Shown one piece after another: positions 47,019 through 57,455 of a stretch of 64,000 nt of DNA (its first letter is position 1; every line of letters begins with the position of its first letter). The position numbers were made by a program, and so were the translations under genes. Under the pieces are notes generated by a model, which was given only the letters and a program-made list of their open reading frames with translations, was not told the DNA's origin and did not search any database. Source of the DNA: the human T2T-CHM13v2.0 reference genome, Homo sapiens; assembly GCF_009914755.1 (NCBI RefSeq), contig NC_060947.1; one strand, 5' to 3'.

Positions 47019-47027
47019 GAACAACTT

Positions 47028-47368
47028 ACCCTGCTGAGCTTTCTTTGGGAAATACGTCCATCAAGATTTAGATCTGCCTGTAAAATCTATACAAAGTATA
47101 TGCCACTACAGGTTTGACTCGCCCCCTCCCCCGTTTTTTTGTTTTGTTTTGTTTTGTTTTGTTTTGTTTTGTGTTTTCTCTGCTGTGTCAAAGAACAAGA
47201 CAGAACTATCTCTGTTTCTGGCTCCACTGCCTGCCAGTGAAGGAGTTTTCATTCAGACTTTCCGAAGAGAGGTGGAGAAACCTAAAGACTGAGGAGAAGA
47301 GATCCTTTGAGCCAGATGGGGCATTAGTTCTTCTGCTTTTCTCAGCATGGATAAACCATTTCCTCAAG
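47028..47368 (+). other. SPRY3: SPRY3 non-coding 5' exon (5' boundary approximate); donor CAAG|GTAAGC at 47368/47369
   Basis: Near-consensus donor after the promoter tract, paired with the acceptor at 53004/53005. A non-coding first exon plus one coding exon is the usual Sprouty gene layout. The start is estimated from my recollection of the annotated transcript, not read from the sequence. Confidence 0.65.
47133..47170. repeat. (GTTTT)n microsatellite
   Basis: Directly visible. Confidence 0.95.
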
Positions 47369-47458
47369 GTAAGCCATAGAAATTAGCTCTTTAAAAACCC
47401 AGAATTCTTTCTATGCAATGCACAGATTGCCATTCATTCCAGCCATCCTGTGCTGTCT

Positions 47459-47506
47459 CTGTGTGCGTGTGTGTGCGCGCGCGCTTGGGCGCGCGCGCGC
47501 AAGCGC
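47459..47506. repeat. (TG)n-(CG)n alternating purine-pyrimidine tract
   Basis: GTGTGCGTGTGTGTGCGCGCGCGCTTGGGCGCGCGCGCGCAAGCGC. Confidence 0.93.
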
Positions 47507-49858
47507 ATGGATAAAATAAAATGAAAACCCTTTAAATTATATTTAAATAAATCGGCTCTCGCAGAAAACTATCCACATTGGAAATGTGTAAATCCAAATA
47601 GGACTTCAAAATAATATTTTTCTAGGCGAATGTCAATTTAATTTCTAGCCTGTTAACCTTTAAATGCATTTTGGTACTTGCCTAAACCCCTCAAAACGCA
47701 GCCTAACCACCCAAGCTGAGGACAGAGAGAGAGCCCGTGCTAAGGCCAGTCTGGCTGCCCAGCGGGCATCCTGTCAGCATGGGGCTAGCCTCTGCTATTG
47801 GCTCACAAGTCTGGGCTGTGCATCGTTCAGATTTCATCACATCACCTTGCCCTGGGTAGACATGGCGCAAGCTGACACGGCAGAACCCCCCACTTACATT
47901 GAGTCAGAGCAGTGATTTAGAAATCTCTGTATCCGTGCCTGGGTACGTGTGCACATGTCTCTGTGTGGCATATGGAGATTCTGTCAAAAGTGAGAACCTG
48001 TGAGCACGTCTACTTAGCCAATAGGCATTTGATAAGACCTAGGGCAATGGTTTACTGCACACTCACTTCCATGAAGCTAATTATAATTATCATTCTTCAC
48101 CTCTGCATGCTGCAAACCAAGTTGGATGAACAGAAAACAGACCTTGAACTCTTAAGCAGAAAATCTATTTTGAAATGGAAACTATTGTTGCTTTTCTGGT
48201 AATATTAAAACCTCACTGTATCATGATGTGTTATCACATGAATTTGGATATACCAGGTGTTAAATCATGTTCCCAAAAAGTCGGCTGCATTCATAAATAC
48301 AAATAAGGCACAGGCTAGCCGTTTATCCACAATGAAATATTGGTCTTGCTCTCCTTGCCTCTAAACAAACATATACAAAGACATTACTATAACATTCTAT
48401 ATATTTGTCTCTTTGTGTTCTGTTTTTAGGTCTCTCTAGCTGTGAAACAGTCTAGATAGTGATCTGAGTGACTTAGATTTGAAGATATTTATTAAGAGTT
48501 GAGGAGTTGAGTAGTGAGGAAGTAAAGAACCTAAAGGAAAGGACACTAATTCTTCCTTAAAGACTTTTGAAACAGAGAAATGCAACCAACAAACCCAACA
48601 TAAAATTTAGAGCATCTGGACAAGAAAGGCCTTTAAAAACCCTCCTTTTATTTTGCAGATGAAGAAACTGAGGACCAGAACGGAGGTCATTTGCCTACAG
48701 CCACGCAGCAAAGTAGAGCTACCATTAGGACTAGACCTTAAATTTCTTGTGTCATATAAAAGGATTTGAGTTTTTAAAAAAAAAATCCTACTTCTTAGAT
48801 GAACAACCAGCTTCTTCTTACAATTTTCCTCAGGATTAGATGTGAATTCATTTGGTATTACAAATTTTCCCTGTATCATTCATCACTAAAAGACCTATAT
48901 CTTTTAACATTCAAGGTCTTAAAACTGCAAGACTCCCTGGTTTGAAATAAACTGCTATGAGTCTTAATGAAACCATTAAAGTAATGAATAGGACTAGGGT
49001 AGCAAAGTGACAAGTTAAGAGTTAAATGTGGTGAGAACCTGGCAGCTCCAACAAGATGTATGCGGTAGGAGGGAGGCCCAGTCAGTGGCAGAGAGGTTAG
49101 TAATGTAAACTATATACAACTTGGTATTTGTAAGGGGGGAGTGCTTTGATAGAGATGCAAATGCTTTTTGCACAGAGAGGGATTTTTAGAGAGCAGACTT
49201 TGGAACAGTAGAACTAAGAAAACATATAAAGCCAAAGCAGAAATTCCCCCTATGTTTGCTTTCAGTTATTCTGAGTAGGAGTGTATATAACAGCAGAGCA
49301 TAGAAAAAAGCAACACACCTAAGAGCCGTTACACAGTAGGGTACAAAACAGCATTGAACCCGTGAGACTGGGAGAAAACAAGAGCCAGGATCTCCTCTTC
49401 CTCACTCCACTCTTCTTTGAAATCAACGTTGAGTCATACTGTATCGGAAAGGATTTACCATAGAAATCAGAACTGTCTTGCGGTGTTAGCATAGAAGGGC
49501 TTTAGATAGGAAAGTTTTCAACTTTATTCTCAACATGGCAGATTTTAGGTTCCAGGGAGAAAATACATTTTCTTTCATTAACAAACATTAGCATTTCTTG
49601 AATGGGCTTAGCTTTCTAGTCCCTAAATTGGCATAAGAAAAGAAATTTTTTTCAGGTTGAACATGGCAAATTCAGGGCTACAGAAAAACTGTTTAGAAAG
49701 CTATGAGCACCTGGCCAGAGAGACTGTGATGGGAGTGGGTTTACAATGCATCATTCATTACTGCAGAGGCACTACGTGACAAAAATCACTAGATCCCATC
49801 AATGTGCAGCCAAGACCTGTAATCACCTTTGCTCTTATTTAATAATATGTGATGTGTA

Positions 49859-49861
<3 letters not shown>

Positions 49862-49893
<32 letters not shown>
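49862..49893. repeat. (TC)n microsatellite
   Basis: Directly visible, in the intron. Confidence 0.95.
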
Positions 49894-49897
<4 letters not shown>

Positions 49898-52544
49898 GAT
49901 AGACTATGGAATTGGCCAACTGCACAGTTTCTTAACTGTTGCTGCTCACAATGAATGGCTCTTTAGTGGGTGGATTTCTGAATCATAAACATTCACGTAG
50001 TGGTACTTTTTCATCTAGCCTATGTGCTACAGCAGTGTCTTGCCTGTTCCTTTCTCAACATATTTTTCCCTCTTACCTTCCTGTACAGTATCTATTTCAG
50101 TTCATCCTGTTAGCCAGATCAGATTCAGCATGTCCAGAATGGCAAACAATTTATTGTCATTCAATCCTTAAATCCTACTCAACACTCTGATTTTATTCAG
50201 GTCCTACTGTCCACTTACTGCAGGTCTCCCACATTAGATCCCAGAGTCCATTTGAATAAAAGATTCTACAGAGCAGGAAGAAACCTTCTAAGTTCATCCT
50301 GTCAGTTCCCTTACTTGTAGGCAAGACAGTGCATCATTATTTCAGACTGAAATAATGCCCACAGCTTCTTTTAATCATCCAACCAAGCATCTCAATTTAT
50401 CAGTCTTGCAGAAATCGAATCAATATTGAAATACAGCTTTTCAACCTAAACACCATGTACCCTTCTGCTCCCCAGACAGGATCCCCTTTGAACATAATTC
50501 TCATTATTGTTTCTGAGTCATTTATATTATGACCTAGATTCCTCCCAGATTAGCTTTCAACCTTCTGGGCATGTCCCTGAGGTTCCTAGTGACATCCCTA
50601 GAATCCTGTCTTTGGAATCTCACCTGTTTATCTCCTGTAACTTTGAGACCTTGTATAACTTCCTTTAAATTATTGCTTCCTGGAATTTTCAATATGTTTT
50701 GAATCTAGTTTCCTTTGGGAAATCAATTAGTCTAAACTGCATTCAGCATGTATATTATTGTTCTTACAGTACAAAGGACTTGCAGGGCTCTACATATTCT
50801 TTAGCCGATCAATGGGACATAAATCTATTTCTCATAAATTTGTCAAAAGACTCCTCCCAGTCCCAAGTTCCTACATCTACATACCCTCCAAGCCAAATGA
50901 ACAATGTGTCCTTTTTTATTTGGGTGTCTACATGAAAGCTGCCAGTTCCTTTCCAATGCTGAGACTATGAATCTATAAAGATACAGCAAAGGTAGAGGTG
51001 GCAGGTTGCATGAGCCTTTGAGTGCAAGTAAATAAAGGAAACATACATTTTGCTTTTGAATGCCCCAATAAGTAAGGGCACATTGCCCACCTTACCCTCA
51101 AGGACTTGAAGATGTAGAAGATACGGATGAAAAGAAATATTTTATAAAATTGTGTAGTTATAGAAAGAAATACAGACCATAATGGCTCAAGGTCCTTCAA
51201 GATCACCTTGTTCACATCACATATCCTTCAGTTTCACATAGATAGTGAAACTGAGGCCCAAAGAAAGCAAGTGATTTGACAAAAGTGACATAAATATTTG
51301 AGTCTGAGAGTTTCCATAATATTTATTTGCATTCTCTTATGCTGCATTTATTTAACACCAAAACAACTAGTTAAAAAGTGAAATTTTTGTCAGACTGGTT
51401 CTTTGATGTGATATGCCAAAAAGGTTATTTGTAACCAAATTAAATCTTTTCAAGTAATGAGCAGATGTAAATTCAGCTTATCAGGTTTGCATGAGGATAT
51501 AGCCTCAAAAGTCAACTGAGTCTGGTCATATTATTAGCCACTGAGTCCTTTATGAACTGCATCCTTGTTTTTCCTGTTATTGAGCTTTGGGCCCATTTCA
51601 GTGTCATGTTTGCTTGCTTATGGAAACGTAATCAAGCACCATCCTCTCTCACTTGTTCATTTCTATTACTCATTCAAGCTATCCATCACATACAGTAGTG
51701 TGAGTAATTGATCTATTTTGAGAAGGCCTGAAATCTGATGGATCTCAAATATATACTTTATTCATGCTAGTGTTTTGCTACGTCCTAATGCCTCCAGGAT
51801 GTTTCCTGGATTTGTGTTTAGGTTTCTTCATGTACACCTTTTTGACTCTTCAGTCTTCTAGGTGGTGCAATACAGCAGTCTGCTATTTGTACAGTATTTT
51901 CCCCATGGTCATCATTATCAGTTCTAGGCTTGGTAAAATCCTTCAGGGAATGACCAACCACCTCTTCCTGACTGTAGTACAATGGAAATGCAAGCATATG
52001 CTTTCTAGACATTCAACTTAGCTTAAATATGGTATAAGAATATCACTTTCCTTTAAGAAAGTCAGTTTATTGTGTAAGGTAGTGATAGAGAAAAGAAGTC
52101 CAAGCAGATTCTGCTTGGTAAGTCTCATCAATATGGAGGTGACTTAGGATAGTAATAGGTATAATTACAGATGATTTTTGAAATAATTCAGGACTTGTCT
52201 TCTATAGTTCCTTGATCCCCAGTATTACTCCCACGTGTACAAAAGTTTGATTCTGGAGCCTCCATTCCATTTAAAAAGAATCACTTCCTTAGTAAGTTAA
52301 AGCAGCCAGTAAGGTGAAGAGAACTGCAAGATGATTAGTCTTGGTTTCCTTATACTCTTGGGAAGCCTTTTTTTTTCCTACTACACTGCAGACAGCTTAA
52401 TTCCTACCTTCTGTGTGTTTGCTGTATCTCTGCCTTTATTGCATTCTCCTTGCTTGCCTGTATTCACTGAATCAAGTAATGTCCTTTCTTATCTGTTTAT
52501 TTCTGCTTATCACAAATTCACACTGAAAAGATAATTTTGATTCG

Positions 52545-52546
<2 letters not shown>

Positions 52547-52580
<34 letters not shown>
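52547..52580. repeat. (TA)n microsatellite, ~17 units
   Basis: Directly visible. Confidence 0.95.
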
Positions 52581-52583
<3 letters not shown>

Positions 52584-52981
52584 CAACTTCTCATGGGAGA
52601 CTTTTGAGGCTTTCTCTTTTCCTTCAGCATTGCTTCAGAAAATAGCCTTTGCAGTTAATATTAGGTTCCATTTGTATTAGAATTCTGATGCCCAAGGCTT
52701 GGATGTCTCTGCTAGCAAATACCTGAATGAGCTAGCTGCTCCTGTGAAACTAGGCATTTGATGGAATACAAAAAGAATCAACTATCTGATATTTGTTCCC
52801 AAACTTCTTTATAGTCTGGAGGGGATGATGAGATTTGCCTATAAAGAAGTAAGTGAGGTTAATTACAGAATAAAGGTGTAGCATGAAGATTACTGTAAAG
52901 TAATTGAAGGTAGTGGTGGTGATAGGGCCTGAGCTTTGTTGGTTTCTTGCAAAGTACTTATGCCTGTGTGTTCTCATTTAC

Positions 52982-53004
52982 TGTTTTTATGCCTTCTCTC
53001 CTAG
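52982..53004 (+). promoter_or_regulatory. SPRY3: 3' splice acceptor of the SPRY3 coding exon (exon starts 53005)
   Basis: TGTTTTTATGCCTTCTCTCCTAG|GA, 106 nt upstream of the ATG. Confidence 0.75.
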
Positions 53005-53110
53005 GATTTTCTCATGTGCCCTGAAATCCATGTAACTACAAGGGCTCCTCTTTATCACCATAAGTGCCACCCTGACTTAAAACCACTCAGAGCTAAAAAA
53101 TCAAGGCAAA

Positions 53111-53977
53111 ATGGATGCTGCGGTGACAGATGATTTTCAACAAATTCTGCCTATTGAACAGCTGCGCTCTACTCATGCTAGCAATGACTACGTGGAACGG
53201 CCTCCAGCCCCCTGTAAACAGGCCCTCTCCAGCCCTTCCCTTATTGTGCAAACCCACAAGTCTGATTGGTCTCTGGCTACCATGCCTACTTCTCTCCCCC
53301 GCAGTCTCAGCCAGTGCCATCAACTGCAGCCCTTGCCTCAGCATCTGAGCCAATCTAGCATTGCCAGCTCAATGTCCCATAGCACCACTGCCTCTGATCA
53401 AAGGCTCTTGGCCAGCATTACACCCTCACCTTCAGGCCAATCCATCATCCGAACCCAACCTGGAGCAGGGGTCCACCCAAAGGCTGATGGTGCTCTGAAG
53501 GGAGAAGCTGAGCAATCTGCAGGGCACCCTAGTGAGCACCTCTTCATCTGTGAGGAATGTGGGCGCTGCAAGTGCGTCCCCTGCACAGCAGCTCGCCCTC
53601 TCCCCTCCTGCTGGCTGTGCAACCAGCGCTGCCTTTGCTCTGCTGAGAGCCTCCTCGATTATGGCACTTGTCTCTGCTGTGTCAAGGGCCTCTTCTACCA
53701 CTGCTCCACTGATGATGAAGACAACTGTGCTGATGAGCCCTGCTCTTGTGGGCCTAGTTCTTGCTTTGTCCGCTGGGCAGCCATGAGCCTCATCTCCCTC
53801 TTCCTACCCTGCCTGTGCTGCTACCTGCCTACCCGTGGATGCCTCCATCTGTGCCAGCAGGGCTATGATAGCCTCCGGCGACCAGGCTGCCGCTGCAAGA
53901 GGCACACCAACACTGTGTGCAGAAAGATCTCTTCTGGTAGTGCACCCTTCCCCAAGGCCCAGGAAAAGTCTGTATGA
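53111..53977 (+). CDS. SPRY3: Protein sprouty homolog 3 (288 aa), RTK/MAPK signalling antagonist
   Basis: Strong Kozak (AAAATGG). N-terminal SNDYVERP Cbl-TKB-type tyrosine motif, Ser-rich SQSSIASSMS segment, and a Cys-rich Sprouty domain (FICEECGRCKC...CLCSAESLLDYGTCLCCVKGLFYHC...PCLCCYLP...GCRCK). I recognise it as human SPRY3. Confidence 0.99.
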   Translation: MDAAVTDDFQQILPIEQLRSTHASNDYVERPPAPCKQALSSPSLIVQTHKSDWSLATMPTSLPRSLSQCHQLQPLPQHLSQSSIASSMSHSTTASDQRLLASITPSPSGQSIIRTQPGAGVHPKADGALKGEAEQSAGHPSEHLFICEECGRCKCVPCTAARPLPSCWLCNQRCLCSAESLLDYGTCLCCVKGLFYHCSTDDEDNCADEPCSCGPSSCFVRWAAMSLISLFLPCLCCYLPTRGCLHLCQQGYDSLRRPGCRCKRHTNTVCRKISSGSAPFPKAQEKSV

Positions 53978-55109
53978 CCTTCCAACAAGGTGGATCCAGA
54001 GCTTTTCTCCTTCTAGTCCCCAACAGCAAAGCATAGGCCTCATCTTTGGAGAGGGGGAGGAGTGATAAACTAGCCAAAGTTAGGGCCTCTCTTTTGTTCC
54101 TGCAGTGTCAGGGGAATGACCAAGTACATCCTGGTGCAGGATGCCTTGTTCTTTCTCACAGTATCTATCCCACTCCTCTTCAGTCTTTACACCCTGCCAG
54201 CTCAGCCTTTATTGTTGTCATGGCAAATTCAGGTGATATATGGGTATGAGGTTTGAACACTGAGGACTGACAGGGCCAGCAACGTGGAGGTTTAGGGGCT
54301 CCCCAATGTAATACCTCTCGATGCAGGCTCTGATCGTCACTCTGTTTTCTGCTGTGCCTTTGGAAGCTTTCTTCTAAGATGGTTTTCACAGGTACATGTG
54401 GAACAGCGTTCAACCTTCCAGGGAATACGACCCCTTCTCCCTGTTACTGCCCTTCTCTTCTTTATTCCTCTCTCCTCTTTCATTATTCTGTTCTGTATTC
54501 CTTTCCCCTTCATTCTCACCCTGTCTGCTTTTACTTTTTCTCTTTCTTCCTCCCTTTCTCCTTCTCCCCTCCTTCTTTTTCAGACTGATCCTTTCTCTGC
54601 CTGTATTTCTATCTCATTTGATCTATATTTGTCTCTCTCTACCTGTCCCTTTTTCTCTAACATGTCCAAAAGTGCTGTTTTTCCATAGATGTTTCCTTAG
54701 ATGCCAAACTTTGCTATGCTATACTATTTACTAATTTTTATTAAGGGAAATGGATTACTGTAATGAACTGATCACTAGCAATAGTGTGTATCCCGATGTG
54801 TGTGTGTGCTCACAACCACTCTCACCTGTTTGTGAGCGCATGAGGCGAAGTTATCTTATATTTCCAGGTTTAACTAGTTGGAGTTTTTCTCCCTTTCTCA
54901 ATAATCAACTTATAGTGCTGACAGATTCCACTAGCATGCTGAGTAGGATAGTAAATCAGGATGCTCATAACTTTGTATGTCTGACCCAAGTGCCAAAGGC
55001 AGACGTGCTTTATAGCTAAATGAACAAAGCAAAGGATACAGAGGTATGTTCTCTCTTAGAAGCTAACTTCCCTGAGACTGCATGGCTCAGGCGTTAATAA
55101 TGGACATAA

Positions 55110-55300
55110 AAAGTCATAAAACGTTAGAGCTGGAAGGAATCTTAACTATTAATCTAGTTCAATGCCCTTATTTTACAGATGGGAAAACTGAGGCCTGGAG
55201 GTAGGAAGGGACTTGCCCCCAAGGCCGCACACTGAGTTAACAGCAGAATTGAGACTGGAATATAGGCCTTCTGACTCCTAGTTCAGTATTCTTACCCCTG
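55110..55300 (-). mobile_element. MIR SINE in the 3'UTR
   Basis: TTAGAGCTGGAAGGAATCTTA...TTTTACAGATGGGAAAACTGAGGCC. Confidence 0.8.
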
Positions 55301-56872
55301 TACCACATTGAGTCATGGGACTTTTTCCTAGGGCTCTATTAACAGTGACAGAAAGCCATTCCCATTCAATTACTTTTCAGGAACCATGCCTAGTTAGTGT
55401 GGTGGTCTTTCTCCAGTGCATGGTGGGTAGCTAATTAACTATCAGGTGTTGAGGCTGCCCCCAGTGGACATCACCTTTGGCTCTGTCACCTTGTAGAAGC
55501 TCAAGTGTGGAAAAGAAAAGCTTAAAGAAGCCCTAACCAAGCTGTATCTTCGCCATTGCATCTACTCTTTGCTGCACACACTGTGCTTGCTCCTGGCTTT
55601 GTCTGCAATGGCAGCTGCCTGAGAACTTAAATTTCAGCAACAGTGAAAAACTGAGATGAAAGATGTATAATGTAGAGAACTGACTTCTCTCTTAAAAAGT
55701 ACAGAGAGCCTGTGCTGTGAACCCCCTTCAATGGGAAAAAGCTGCAGTGGTGATGGCAGGCTCCTAAAGACTGCTGCTAAAAGACACAAGAATTATACAG
55801 TTTCCCTCTATAAGTGAATCCAAAATTCACTGACGAATTCAGAGATTGAGGGCACTTGCTTGAAATCAAGGTGCTCCAACTTAGTTTAAGACCTCCAGAC
55901 TCTAACTTTATAGATCATCTCTTCTAGAGTGTGCATGGATGTGTGTTGCAGGGTGGAGAAGTGGGGAGAAGTGTATAGTAGTACACGGGGGGAAGAGGGG
56001 ACCTCCATGTCCCTTTGTTGGATACATATTACAGAAATATGTGCCACTCACTTTTTGTTGGTTCTGAATCTTCCTGAAGTGTACTGACATTTGGGCTGCA
56101 CAGAGCCCCACACCTTCACTTACACCTCCTCTTCTAGAATTGCTTTGCTCTATTTTTGTATATATAAATATGTTATGATGATTATTAATAATGTTAATGA
56201 TATTGCTGCAAATGGTGCCATATATAAGGTTAGGCTTCTTGGAACATTTATAAACCCAAACCAATACCTGTAACCTCTTATGTTGCTTTCAGATCCTTCA
56301 ATTTTAAGTAACTTTTTAATCTTACAAGTCTGCTTGATTGTACTTTACACTTATCTACCCTGAAAAGCTCTGCCCAGTTCTCTGGGTCAAGCTGGATGGT
56401 GATGAGTAGCAACACACACTTCTCTGCTTCTGCCTGAAATGTGCTTAGAGCTCAGTTATCTAAGGATTCTCTGACACTAGTGCATTGTTCCTGGAGCTAA
56501 ATTATTCTATGGATGTTTGCTTATTAGTTTCAGGCCCCAAAATAACACGAGCCCCTCCTCCTTGATAGCTCCTTGATATCCCAATCTTGCAGTCCTAACT
56601 CAGGCAAATTGTGCACTGCCAGAGGGGCCCTGGGTTCTGCCATATACCCAGAGGAGCCTTTCTCAGTGTGTTTCTAAATGGCCTTACACTTGGTAGAAGA
56701 AATTGAAGGGTTACTCAAATACAGTTGCAATCTGCAATCTGCTGTTGAGTCAGGGCTTTCACTTGTGTCCAAGTTGGCCTGATATGGACTGCATCTGCTT
56801 TACGTATAGATGGGTCCTGTTGGGATATGCGCATGGACGTGTGAGTGAGTGTGCGTATGTATCCCTTCTGTG

Positions 56873-56875
<3 letters not shown>

Positions 56876-56907
<32 letters not shown>
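56876..56907. repeat. (TA)n microsatellite
   Basis: Directly visible. Confidence 0.95.
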
Positions 56908-56910
<3 letters not shown>

Positions 56911-57219
56911 AATATATATTCACACATCTCTATATATTTTAATGTATTGCACATGTATATTTAAAATATATACGAAAGAACTCTAAATCCTGCAGGGAGG
57001 CTCTGTTTTCATTATTTTTCTACTTTGTGTCATGTCCTGTATAAACAGGAATATTTAGAGGGTGTTTCCTGCTTAGCATTTTTTTGCAGTTAAATCATCT
57101 GTTAGCCCCTAACTCTACTGCCTTCCACATATTGGTTCCTTGATACATTTCATATGATATCAGCCAAGAGTTTTCCTGTGGTTCCAGCCCATCTTCCCTA
57201 ATCACAATAGCAATAATAA

Positions 57220-57455
57220 ATATAGTGAATACTTACATAGTGCTTACTATATGCTAAGCACTATTTTTAGCATGTTATTTATATTAGCTCATTCATTCCT
57301 CACAATTCTACAACATAGGTATCATTCCAACCTCTATTTTACAGATGAGAAAACTGAAGCACAGAGAAGTTAAGTGACTTGCCAAAAGGTAACAATTGTA
57401 AATGGTAGAGCTAAGATTTGAACCCAGGGTGTCTGACTCCCAGGTCCATGCTCCA
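57220..57455 (-). mobile_element. MIR SINE
   Basis: CTATTTTACAGATGAGAAAACTGAAGCACAGAGAAGTTAAGTGACTTGCC...GATTTGAACCCAGG. Confidence 0.88.

Noticed and set aside
46719-47024. Arg-rich (protamine-like) 98-aa + ORF and Ser/Pro-rich 101-aa - ORF
   Set aside because: Both are translations of the GA low-complexity tract, which lacks stop codons by composition, and the + ORF starts at TTG.
53093-54077. Antisense ORFs overlapping SPRY3
   Set aside because: Expected shadow ORFs of a GC-richer CDS, with no independent promoter or splice evidence.
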